Below are positions 24,801 to 35,739 of a DNA stretch of 64,000 nucleotides, in pieces. The stretch covers positions 193,045 through 257,044 of the forward strand of contig NIVC01000406.1 in assembly GCA_002269645.1 (NCBI GenBank), read 5' to 3'. The translations under genes were made by a program, and so were the position numbers. A model generated the notes under the pieces. It saw nothing but the letters and a program-made list of their open reading frames with translations, made no database searches and was not told the DNA's origin. Numbering within the stretch: the stretch's first letter is position 1; every line of letters begins with the position of its first letter. This DNA comes from Macrostomum lignano. Its lineage: Eukaryota.

Positions 24801-27800
24801 GCACCAAGGGGCGCCAGCACCAAGGGGCGCCAAACCAGCAGTAAAGGGGCGCCAAACCAGCAGTAAAGGGGCGCCAAACCAGCAGTAAAGGGGCGCCAAA
24901 CCAGCAGTAAAGGGGCGCCAAACCAGCAGTAAAGGGGCGCCAAACCAGCAGTAAAGGGGCGCCAAACCAGCAGTAAAGGAGCGCCAAACCAGCAGTAAAG
25001 GGGCGCCAAACCAGCAGTAAAGGAGCGCCAAACCAGCAGGCACTGATGAGGCGCCATCATTTTCGAGTTTGAAAATTTGTGATGGAAAAAAATACATGTA
25101 TTCATTGTTTAAAAGAATCCCAAAGGACCTGCAGACTTCACTTGAGAGAACAAACCTTTTTTTAAACAAAACAAACAAAAAAATCATGGAATTTTCTATC
25201 CATGTAAAAATTGTCAAACCATTTCTTAGAAACGAACAGGCCTAATCCTCGATACAAATTTTTTTCGAGTTTTTGTCAAGCTGTGTTTTTCCCTCGCCAT
25301 CTTCGCGCTCGACAGGGCCGGCGCGCATATCTTGGCCATCAAGGACATGGCCGGCCTGTTGAAACCTGAGTCAGCCAGGCGGCTGGTCACCGCTTTGAAG
25401 CAGAAATTCCCCGACCGCCCGCTGCACATTCATACTCACGACACGGCCGGAGCCGGGGTGGCCACCCTGCTCGCCTGCTCAGAGTCCGGCGCCGACATTC
25501 TCGACGTTTCCGTCGACGCAATGAGCGGCATCACAGCGCAACCGTCCATGGGCGCCGTTGTCGGCTGCGTCGGCCGGTCGCCCGGCGTCCAGCCTGCCGA
25601 TGTAGCCGACTACAACGCCTACTGGGAGATGACCAGGCGGCTGTACGTCAACTTCGAGTGCACCAACACCATGCGCAGCGGCAACGCCGATGTCTATGAG
25701 AACGAAATTCCTGGCGGGCAGTACACCAACCTGCACTTCCAGTCCATCAGCCTGGGGCTGGCCGACCAGTTCGCGTTGGTGAAGAAGAAATTTGCCGAGG
25801 CCAACCAGCTGCTTGGCGATTTGATTAAGGTTGGTGACGGACCTGCTGTCCTGTGCTCTCGGGGATCACCTGCTCTGTGATACCTGTGTCCAAGGATACC
25901 TGTGTCACACTCCTGTCATAAAACTCTTCAGTCATAAAACTCTCGAGTCATAAAACTCTTCAGTCATAAAACTCTCCAGTCATAAAACTCTCCAGTCATA
26001 AAACTCTTCAGTCATAAAACTCTCTAGTCATAAAACTCTTCAGTCATAAAACTCTCCAGTCATAAAGCACTCCAGTCATAAAACACTCCAGTCATAAAGC
26101 ACTCCAGTCATAAAGCACTCCAGTCATAAAGCACTCCAGTCATAAAGCACTCCAGTCATAAAACTCTTCGGTCATAAAACGCTCTGGTCATAAAACACTC
26201 CGGTCATAAAACACTGGTCATAAAACACTCCGGTCATAAAACGCTCTGGTCATAAAACACTCCGGTCATAAAACACTGGTCATAAAACACTCCGGTCATA
26301 AAACGCTCTGGTCATAAAACACTCCGGTCATAAAACACTGGTCATAAAAAAGACCGGTCATAAAACACTCTGGTCATAAAACACTGGTCATAAAACAGAC
26401 CGGTCATATAACACTCATAAAACATAACACTCATATCGGTCATAAAACAATCTGTTCAAAAGATCCACACTCCTAACTCGCAGGTGACTCCCAGCTCAAA
26501 AGTGGTTGGCGACCTGGCCCAGTTCATGGTGCAGAACAAGCTGTCCAAGCAGGATGTGCTCAATCGAGCATCCGAGCTCTCCTTCCCCTGCTCGGTGGTG
26601 CAGTTCTTCGACGGGTGCATCGGGCAGCCGCATGGCGGATTTCCAGTCGAGCTGGCTGCCGCGGTGCTGCACGGCAGGAAGCCCAAGTGAGAACCTGTGC
26701 TCAAGGGTTTGGACTTTTATAGACTGATGGTGAAATACCGATAGATTTGCGAGACAATTATGGCATTAAATTCTAAATGAGATCTCACAGTTCTAGATGA
26801 GATCTCACAGTTCTAGATGAGATCTTACAGTTCTAGATGAGATCTCACAGTTCCAGATGGGATCTCACATTAATTTCTAGATGAGATCTCACAGTTCTAA
26901 ATGGGATCTCACATAAATTTCTAGATGAGATCTCATAGTTCTAGATGAGATCTCATATACAGTTCTAGATGAGATCCCACAGTTCTAGATGGGATCTCAC
27001 ATAAATTTCTAGATGAGATCTCATAGTTCTAGATGAGATCTCATATACAGTTCTAGATGAGATCTCACAGTTCTAGATGGGATCTCACATTAATTTCTAG
27101 ATGAGATCTCACAGTTCTAGATGAGATCTCAAATACAGTTTTAGATAAAAAGTTTGAAGAAAATCGGTTGAGCCATTGTTTCTGAAATCTATCGCATACC
27201 TACCCACCACAGACAACTCATTTTTAGTATATTAGATCTCACATACAGTTCTAGATGAGATCTCACAGTTCTAGGTTAGATCTCAAAATTCCAGATAAGA
27301 TCTCACAGTTATTGAAGAGATCTCGCACTGTAGTTTGCAATCTCATGGCTCTATTAACTATTATTTACGGTACCTACTACCCTCAAGTTAAGATTTTAGA
27401 TCTCCATTTTTATCTTATCGCACGGACCCGCAACCGCCAGGTACACCAGCCGTCCAGGCGCCGAAATCCCGCCATTCGATTTCGAGAAGCTTCGCCGCGA
27501 ACTGGAGAAAAAGTTCGGTCAGGGTTCGATCTCTGACTGCGATTTGATGAGCGCCGCTCTTTATCCGAAAGTGTTCGACGAATTCGCCGAATTTCGTCGA
27601 CAATTTGGCGATGTGTCGAAACTGTCGACCAGAAGCTTCTTTCAGGGACCAAAGATTGCCGAAGAGCTTGAGTTGTACCTTGACAAAGGCATCACCGTCT
27701 ATGTGAAGAGTCTGGCCATCACTGAGCCTGATAAGATGGGACAGAGAAGGTAGGGAGCGACGTGGGTGCGAAGTGAGATGAGTGCGGAGTGAAGTGGGTG

Positions 27801-28325
27801 CGGAGTGAGGTGGGTGCGGAGTGAGGTGGGTGCGGAGTGAGGTGGGTGCCGAGTGAGGTGGGTGCGGAGTGAGGTGGGTGCCGAGTGAGGTGGGTGTGGA
27901 GTGAGGTGGGTGCGGAGTGGGGTGAGTGAAGAGTGGGGTGGTGCGAAGGTGCGTAGTGAGGTGGTGGTAAGTCTCGTTTAACTCTCCCGCTCAGGTGCTT
28001 CTTCGAAGTGAATGGGCAGTTGCGGGTGCTGCACACTCGAGACCGCGAGGCCTCCAAGGACCTGGTGTTCAGGCGAAAAGCTCAGCCAAAGGAAAACCTC
28101 GGCGAAGTTGGCGCCCCGATGCCCGGGGAGATCTTGAGCGTCCGCGTGACGCCGGGCCAAGTTGTTGCCAAGGGCCAGCCGCTGCTCGCCCTATCAGCCA
28201 TGAAGATGGAGCTGACGGTGGCCAGCCCGCTCGCTGGCAAGGTGCACAGCGTGTGGGTCAACGCTGGCGACAAGGTGGAAGGTAACGACCTGCTAGTGAC
28301 GTTAGAAGCTGAGAAGTCCGAATAA
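18546..28325 (+). CDS. PC: Pyruvate carboxylase, 1159 aa, 12 coding exons: 18546-18857, 19696-20046, 20429-20737, 21348-21587, 21877-22105, 22669-22761, 23243-23616, 24402-24616, 25316-25829, 26484-26686, 27441-27749, 27995-28325
   Basis: Biotin carboxylase [50 protein letters not shown]. Carboxyltransferase [26 protein letters not shown]. Biotin-attachment AMKM. All junctions are GT/AG and phase-consistent; 3480 nt = 1160 codons. Confidence 0.97.
19050..19692. repeat. PC intron 1 minisatellite AATGTACACC(AAATGTACACC)CAATCAACCAACAC
   Basis: The array runs up to the acceptor AG at 19694-19695. Confidence 0.95.
20105..20420. repeat. PC intron 2 minisatellite, ~15-bp AATCCCCATCTCAAG
   Basis: Direct reading. 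Confidence 0.9.
20765..21330. repeat. PC intron 3 minisatellite, 20-bp GTGAG(G/T)(GG/AC)TGCCATTTCATT
   Basis: Direct reading; about 28 copies. Confidence 0.95.
21600..21840. repeat. PC intron 4 (GACA)n microsatellite with CACTAA interruptions
   Basis: Direct reading. Confidence 0.95.
22130..22520. repeat. PC intron 5 10-bp repeat GGTCAAGAT(G/A)
   Basis: Direct reading. Confidence 0.9.
22835..23215. repeat. PC intron 6 16-bp repeat AATGAATCCTGTGAAC
   Basis: Direct reading. Confidence 0.9.
23660..24335. repeat. PC intron 7 repeat GATAGTGAGATTGGATA(GATA)n
   Basis: Direct reading. Confidence 0.9.
24695..25040. repeat. PC intron 8 compound array: TTAGCACCAAGGGGCT followed by GGCGCCAAACCAGCAGTAAAGG
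   Basis: Two related units of 16 and 22 bp, read directly. Confidence 0.9.
25910..26450. repeat. PC intron 9 ~16-bp repeat GTCATAAAACTCTCCA
   Basis: Direct reading. Confidence 0.9.
26770..27330. repeat. PC intron 10 ~20-bp repeat TCTAGATGAGATCTCACAGT
   Basis: Direct reading; the unit contains the palindromes TCTAGA and GAGATCTC. Confidence 0.9.
27760..27962. repeat. PC intron 11 16-bp repeat GTGAGGTGGGTGCGGA
   Basis: Direct reading. Confidence 0.9.
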
Positions 28326-28539
28326 ATTAAAAAAACGCTTTTCTTACTATCAGTAGCTTGAAAGAACATTTACGTTCCTGACCGTGGAATGGCTTCTATT
28401 TTTCGCTGCTAATGAAGCCATAAAAATAATTAAAAAAATCGTTGCAACTACGGCAGGTATGGCAGAAATAGCGAAACTTAATTTGTCTTAATGTCTTCGT
28501 TTTGTAGGAAAGTGGACACTACCATCATCATGGCTCATG

Positions 28540-29270
28540 CCCCACCGCTCAGCTCCGCACCCACCCCATCCTTCACTATCTTTTGCCCACTGCTCAGCTC
28601 CGCACCAACCCCATCCTCCACTCTCTTTCCCCACCGCTCAGCTCCGCACCCACCCCATCCTCCACTCTCTTCCCTCACCGCTCAGCTCCACACCCACCCC
28701 ATCCTCCACTCTCTTCCCTCACCGCTCAGCTCCGCACCCACCCCATCCTCGACTCTCTTTCCCCACCGCTCAGCTCCGCACCCACCCCATCCTTCACTAT
28801 CTTTCCCCACCGCTCAGCTCCGCACCCACTCCATCCTCCACTCTCTTTCCCTCACCGCTCAGCTCCGCACCCATCCCATCCTCCACTCTCTTCCCTCACC
28901 GCTCAGCTCCGCACCCACCCCATCCTCCACTCTCTTCCCTCACCGCTCAGCTCCGCATCCACCCCATCCTCCACTCTCTTTCCCCACCGCTCACCTCCGC
29001 ACCCATCCCATCCTCCACTCTCTTCCCTCACCGCTCAGCTCCGCACCCACCCCATCCTCCACTCTCTTTCCCCACCGCTCAGCTCCGCACCCACCCCATC
29101 CTCCACTCTCTTTCCCCACCGCTCAGCTCCGCACCAACCCCATCCTCCACTATCTTTCCCCACCGCTCAGCTGCGCACCCACCCCATCCTCCACTCTCTA
29201 TCCCCACCGCTCAGCTGCGCACCCACCCCATCCTTCTCTATCTTTCCCCACGGCTCAGCTTCGCACGCAC
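28540..29270 (+). repeat. 44-bp minisatellite CCCCACCGCTCAGCTCCGCACCCACCCCATCCTCCACTCTCTTT between the convergent 3' ends of PC and the dispanin gene
   Basis: About 16 copies; reverse complement of the array at 29750-30490. Confidence 0.95.
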
Positions 29271-29379
29271 CTTCAATATCAAAACAATTAAATCAATTTT
29301 TAAATACAATCGGGAAAATTAGTTAAGCTTTACATTCAAAACTGTTGACGTTAATGGTGAAGTCCGACTGCGGTACAAT

Positions 29380-30713
29380 TTAACTATACAAAGCAGTCTT
29401 TATCCAACCAGTGGAGAAGACCGCTATGACGCCGGCCATGCTCACAAGTATTCCGGTCACATTGAGCGCCAGAGCCACCCGGCCCTGGCTGCGTGCCTGC
29501 CTGCGCCAATTGTCAACGCTCCGTTGGGCCAACATTCGATGAGAACGAAACGAAAAAATCAATGCCGCAAGGCCGAACGGCATGTTGAGGAACATAGCAG
29601 TTAGAATCGACATGAGTAAGTAGGTTGTGCGATTCGAATTCAATGTGTCCGGGTTGGCTGCTTGAGAAGGATCCCCGACGACATTGAGGGACTGCGGGTC
29701 TGAAAGATGGTCGCATGAAAATTACAGTTAAGCGGTCGGAAAAGAGAGTCGAGGATGGGGTGGGTGCGCAGCTGAGCAGTGGGGGACGATAGTGAAAAGT
29801 GGGGTGGGTGTGGAGCTGAGCGGTGGGGAAAGAGAGTGGAGGATGGGGTTGGTGCGGAGCTGAGCGGTGGGGAAAGATAGTGGAGGATGGGGTGGGTGCG
29901 GAGTTAAGCGGTGAGCGAAGAGAGTGGAGGATGGGGTGGGTGCGCAGCTGAGTGGTGGGGAAAGAGAGTGGAGGATGGGGTGGGTGCGGAGCTGAGCGGT
30001 GAGGGAAGAGAGTGGAGGATGGGGTGGGTGCGGAGCTGAGTGGTGGGGAAAGAGAGTGGAGGATGGGGTGGGTGCGGAGCTGAGCGGTGGGGAAAGATAG
30101 TGGAGGATGGGGTGGGTGCGGAGCTGAGCGGTGAGGGAAGAGAGTGGAGGATGGGGTGGGTGCGGAGCTGAGTGGTGGGGAAAGAGAGTGGAGGATGGGG
30201 TGGGTGCGGAGCTGAGCGGTGGGGAAAGAGAGTGGAGGATGGGGTTGGTGCGGAGCTGAGCGGTGGGGAAAGATAGTGGAGGATGGGGTGGGTGCGGAGT
30301 TAAGCGGTGAGCGAAGAGAGTGGAGGATGGGGTGGGTGCGGAGCTGAGCGGTGAGCGAAGAGAGTGGAGGATGGGGTGGGTGCGGAGCTGAGTGGTGGGG
30401 AAAGAGAGTGGAGGATGGGGTGGGTGCGGAGCTGAGCAGTGGGGAAAGAGAGTGGAGGATGGGGTGGGTGCGGAGCTGAGCGGTGGGGGAAGAGTTTAGA
30501 GTGAAATGAGAGAGGTTTTTTAAAACAATATATGATGTAACCACGCTCTGGTCGTGGAATATGGCAAGGGAAATTTTCCAAAAGTACCTCCGATCTCCGT
30601 GCGCCTCCTGAGCAGAGCCGTCGAGACTGGGCCAGGTCTGTGGCCAGGCCTGCTGACTCCCGCTCTGCTGCACCCCCTGCTGCCTCGGCTCCGTCTCCCA
30701 CGCCGCCACACAT
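29380..30713 (-). CDS. CD225/dispanin (IFITM/PRRT/TMEM233-like) membrane protein. Confident last exon 29380-29699; candidate upstream exon 30542-30713
   Basis: TYLLMSILTAMFLNMPFGLAALIFSFRSHRMLAQ...ARSQGRVALALNVTGILVS matches the CD225 two-hydrophobic-segment pattern. Acceptor TTTCAG at 29700-29705. The upstream exon frame is ambiguous because two donor/acceptor phase combinations both fit. Confidence 0.7.
29750..30490 (-). repeat. 44-bp minisatellite in the dispanin intron, inverted copy of the 28540-29270 array
   Basis: Unit GGATGGGGTGGGTGCGGAGCTGAGCGGTGGGGAAAGAGAGTGGA is the exact reverse complement of that array's unit. Confidence 0.95.
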
Positions 30714-31378
30714 GCCTTTCCGGAGCCCCTACACGTCTCTGTACCTCACCCGTTCCCCCTTTTTCCATGCGCTTTACCCTATCTATCTTGTACTTTTCCC
30801 GCTTCCCATATTTTTTTCTCTTTTTGCACTTTTTTCTGCGCTGTCCCTCCCTTTTCTGGTACCTACTTACAGTACTTTGTGCGCTCACCGTCTCCCCACC
30901 CCTATAGAAACTCCCAAACGGTGATGCAAGTCTTGTGACCCCTCTTTCCCCTCGATGACTCATCGATGACTCACCACCCCTCTTGCGCAACCTTTTCTCA
31001 TGCCATTGTTCTCCTCCCCAAATTTCTCATGCGACACCCACCCCACCTCCGCTTCTATTGTTCTCGTTTTTGATTCTTTTGTTCTCCTCTTCGCACCCAA
31101 TTATCACATTTTCCCAGATCTTCTCTTTCTTTTGTTTTCGTTTTCGCACCCAATTAGCACCTTTTCTCCAATGTTTACTTTTCTATTGTTCTCGATTCTC
31201 CCCAATTATCCCCGATTTCCAATTCCTTTGTTCTCGACCCCAGCCCCATTGTTCTCAATGTTTGCTTGCGCAACACTTTCGCGACCTCCCGCTGCGCCAA
31301 TTATCCACCCACCCCTTCTCCGGATTGCGCAATTCTCCCATTTCTCATGTTGCTATGCCGTTCTCATGCTTCTCATCA

Positions 31379-31470
31379 TGACTCATTCTGACGTCATTCT
31401 GCCGGCAGCCAATCAGAGAGAGGGAGTCATGGAAACGAACTTGGAGCGGTGGCTGGGAAGGCTATATAAG
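31379..31470 (+). promoter_or_regulatory. Candidate Pol II promoter: AP-1 site, CRE, CCAAT box and TATA box
   Basis: TGACTCA 31379-31385, TGACGTCA 31389-31396, CCAAT 31409-31413, TATATAA 31463-31469; donor-like CCG|GTAAAT at 31778/31779 downstream. Confidence 0.5.
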
Positions 31471-31717
31471 GAAGCGGTTTTCGGCATGAGAACCCTCAGC
31501 TGCGTACGCTTCGGCTTTTGTCTTGTCCCTATTGTGGACTTGCCGTCAGACCTCGATCTGACCCATTCGTCTATAGGACGAACCTCTGCCGGTCCGCGGT
31601 CTGTCACCGACAATCATCTTCAGCATCGCCTGAACTACATCAGCGCCTCGTCGCTTCAACGCATCGCCGCTTCACAGCCTGCCTGTCTGCAGCCAACAGC
31701 CGCCCACGGTCACTCCA

Positions 31718-31770
<53 letters not shown>

Positions 31771-33179
31771 AGCCGCCGGTAAATTCCTATTACTAATTTG
31801 TGCTCTAATTGCCTTGCTTATCCGGTGTTTGCCTATTTTCCATTGCTTGATTAGAGAGCTGAGCCAATTGTGATACCGTACTATTTGCTGAATTTATTCA
31901 ATAGTGAAGCCGCCTAATTGCCTGATTATTTTGCCTAAGGGCCTAATTACTAACCATTACTAAACTCCTCATTATTCACATTTTCACCATCATTTAATTC
32001 ATGGCTTGCTAAGCCTTTCTCCCTGGGTGGCAAAGCATAAGGAAGTTTGGGTAAGCTAATGGCCTCTCCCTGTGCAAAGCCCGCCTGTGAGTGCGTGCTG
32101 CGGGGCCGTGTGTGCGTGCAGTAGAGGGAATTAGCGAGTCTTGGCACAGAATGGCAGTAGGAAGGTTGCAACCCCATGCTGACGAGTCCCTTCACCCTGA
32201 GCAATCTAAACTATAGCTAGTACATGTTCATCTCACACTACTCTTAGTAATTGAAGCCGCAAGTCAGCCTCGTTCACAGCCACAAAGGATCCCCTGCTGA
32301 GAAATCCTCCAGATTGAGCCCAGAGTTCCCGATCATGCCCCAAGCAGAGTCCCTGTACTCGGCTGCATGTGTCTCCCTGTTAGCCTAAATCCCCTGGTAA
32401 CCAATCCAGGTGGGGCTCTAGCCTCGAGAGGTCTGGTAGTAAGATCCAGGTGCGCCAGGTCACATAGAGTGGTGGCAGCCACTCGGTCATACTATGACCG
32501 AGTGACCGACTATTGCACCTTGGCTACAGGTGGGGTCCATGTGGGTCCTTGGCCCTCTGGTCACGAAGCGCTACCAAAGCTATCAATCATGTGGGCGGGA
32601 CAGTCTGGTGCTGGAGGTCCGTCAGGTCATTGCCCGGTCATAGGCAGCCTGAGGTCATTGCCCCCTCTGGTCATGCGATCGTCTCTCAACGGAGCGGACG
32701 GGCGACAAGGGCGGTTACATCATATATACTCACTAAACTTTAAAAAAAATTTAACTTTAAAAAAAAATCCGAGACAAAGTTAGAAGCAATAAGATGATCA
32801 AATTTCGATTTTTCAATGCCTTTTTCAGATAGTGACTGATATGCAAGCATATAGGCATTTCTTAGATTTTCTCTAGCCTAGCTCTTGGGCTGGGGGCGAT
32901 TTTGCTGAGGCCTGCCAAGTGAATTAAGTCGCGGCCGAGTAGAAATGAGTAGAAGGCGGGGAAGCTGGAGCTCGATCTAGCGAATCTGATTGTGCCCGAC
33001 TGACTTCGAGAGCGACGCGACGATTCGCCGGCTCCCAGGAGAAAAGACAGGCTCACAAGACACAAGCCAATCTTAACGTTTATGCCCGACTTGTCGAATT
33101 CGTTTAGCTGTCTCGCTGCTGCATGGGGTGACGAGTTGATTAGCTGACCGGCCTCTTGCTGGCTTTTTAATACTAAAGT

Positions 33180-34680
33180 CAGTGTTCTCTCTCTCCTCTC
33201 CCCTCTCTCCTTCTATTCCCTCTCCCCTCTCTCTCCTTCTCTCTCTCCTCTCCCCCCTCTCTCCTTCTCTCTCTCCTCTCCCCCCTCTCTCCTTCTCTCT
33301 CTCCTCTCCCCCCTCTCTCCTTCTATATCTCCTCTCCCCCCTCTCTCCTTCTCTCTCATTCTCTCTCTCCTCTCCCCCCTCTCTCCTTCTCTCTCATTCT
33401 CTCTCTCCTCTCCCCCCTCTCTCCTTCTCTCTCATTCTCTCTCTCCTCTCCCCCCTCTCTCCTTCTCTCTCATTCTCTCTCTCCTCTCCCCCTCTCTCCT
33501 TCTCTCTCTCCTCTCCCCCCTCTCTCCTTCTCTCTCTCTTCTCCCCCTCTCTCCTTCTCTCTCTCCTCTCCCCCTCTCTCCTTCTCTCTCTCCTCTCCCC
33601 CTCTCTCCTTCTCTCTCTCCTCTCCCCCTCTCTCCTTCTCTCTCTCCTCTCCCCCCTCTCTCCTTCTCTCTCTCTTCTCCCCCTCTCTCCTTCTCTCTCT
33701 CCTCTCCCCCCTCTCTCCTTCTCTCTCTCCTCTCCCCCTCTCTCCTTCTCTCTCTCCTCTCCCCCCTCTCTCCTTCTCTCTCTCCTCTCCCCCTCTCTCC
33801 TTCTATATCTCCTCTCCCCCCTCTCTCCTTCTCTCTCTCCTCTCCCCCCTCTCTCCTTCTCTCTCATTCTCTCTCTCCTCTCCCCCCTCTCTCCTTCTCT
33901 CTCTCCTCTCCCCCCTCTCTCCTTCTATATCTCCTCACCCCCTCTCTCCTTCTCTCTCATTCTCTCTCTCCTCTCCCCCCTCTCTCCTTCTCTCGCTCAC
34001 TCTCTCACCCTCTCCCCCTCTTCTCGCTAACTCTCTCATTTTCTTGCTCCCTTTCTCTCTCCTCTTTCCCCTCTCTCCGCTCTCTTTCTCTCTCTATATA
34101 TATATATATATCTCCTTCTCTCTATCTCCCTCTATCTCACTCCCCCTCTCTTCCCCTCTCTCCCTCTATCTCACTCCCCCCTCTCTCCTCTCGCACTTCC
34201 CTCAGCCTCTTTCTCCCCCTCAGGGCTTACAGCCCTGACGAAGAAATTTAATTTCGAAATATCGGCTACTCAATTTAAATTGACTTTTTTCAGTCCTTTC
34301 TGACTTTCTACCGTGTCAGTGCCCGAGATTGGAGGCGCCCTCCTCTCTCTCTCTCTCTCTCTCTCCCTCTCTATCTCACTCCCCCCTCTCTTCCCCTCTC
34401 TCCTTCTCTCACTCCCCTCTCTCCCTCTATCTCACTCCCCCCTCTCTCCTCTCGCACTTCCCTCAGCCTCTTTCTCTCCATTTCTCTCTCTCGCTTTGTT
34501 TCTCCCTCTCTTCCCCTTTACCTCCCTCTCTCTTCCCCTCTACCTCCCTCTCTCTTCTCTACCCTCCGTCTCTTTTTCTCCCTCTCCCGCTCCTTGTCCC
34601 TCTCTCTCCGTCTCTCGCACTCTTTCTCAATTCCTCTCTCCCACTTCTCTCTCTTTCCCTCTCACCTGATCTCGCTCCCA
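33180..34680. repeat. CT-rich low-complexity and minisatellite tracts (CCTCTCCCCCCTCTCTCCTTCTCTCT-like)
   Basis: Direct reading; includes a short internal duplication (34100-34215 vs 34345-34460). Confidence 0.9.
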
Positions 34681-35269
34681 ATTTAACTATTACCTCGTAA
34701 ACTGAACTTATGAACTGTCACACGTGTGACAGAGGTCGGTCACACCTGAATCAGTCGGTTTCTGGGCCGACTTTCGCCTTATTGAAAGCGTGACGAGCAT
34801 AAGCGTGAGGCCAACTCACCAGGGTTTTGGAGATCTGTACCAGCAGATGGGCCGCTCGGTTTGAACACTTCCTGTCGATCAACCCGACAATCTGGCGGAT
34901 CTGCTGTAGCTACTGACGGCTGTTGAACCGACATGGCCTGTCAGGCAATGCTAATTATCAATCGAAAAGGCGGAAGCTTTTACTGGCTAGCTTGGAGGGA
35001 AAATTATATAGCTTTTGTAGATTTTCTATCAGGGGCTTAGTGTGTGCATGTGCATGCCCGATGCTCCCCCCCATCGCTCTAGCTCTACCTACCAAGCTCG
35101 GAACTCTACAAGCGATGAAAGCTCATTGGCTCCCGCCATAGGGGCGCATATTGTAACTCTCTGTGCATATGTGTTTATTGTATGTGGTTTAGTGAATTAA
35201 TACTGCTTAGAAAGTCAGTTCAGTCAGACGGATAACACGAAACAAAAGTACATGCTTAAGTGCATGGGG

Positions 35270-35400
35270 GATTTCAGTGTATGAGCGATTATTCTGTGGG
35301 ATTTCAGTGTGCATGAGCAATTATTCTGTGGGATTTCAGTGTGTATGAGCGATTATTCTGTGGGATTTCAGTGTATGAGCGATTATTATGTGGGATTTGG
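35270..35400. repeat. ~31-bp tandem repeat GGGATTTCAGTGT(GT)ATGAGCGATTATTCTGT
   Basis: Four copies. Confidence 0.85.
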
Positions 35401-35739
35401 CACATCAGCCCACAGTTAGTTCAATCTAAAAAGAAAGTACATCGTGTTATATAAATAGATGATGTGGGATGCTGGATGCCGTGAGGGCATGCGTATAGAA
35501 GGATCAGCAATAATTGAATGGAGCAGATCATAAAAGCTATCAAATTGGCTGGGCTAGTGGACTTTGTACTGCGCACTCGCCATCAGCCCAGCTGATTGCA
35601 GGTTCATTTGGGTGCCTGCCCGGCTTACTTAACCGACACTGAACTGACGCCTGAATACTGTTGTAGCTCAAAATTGAGTTTTGAGTTGCTTGATAGCAGA
35701 GGGAGATCGATTTGAGTCAAGGACGGAGAAGCGTCCACG

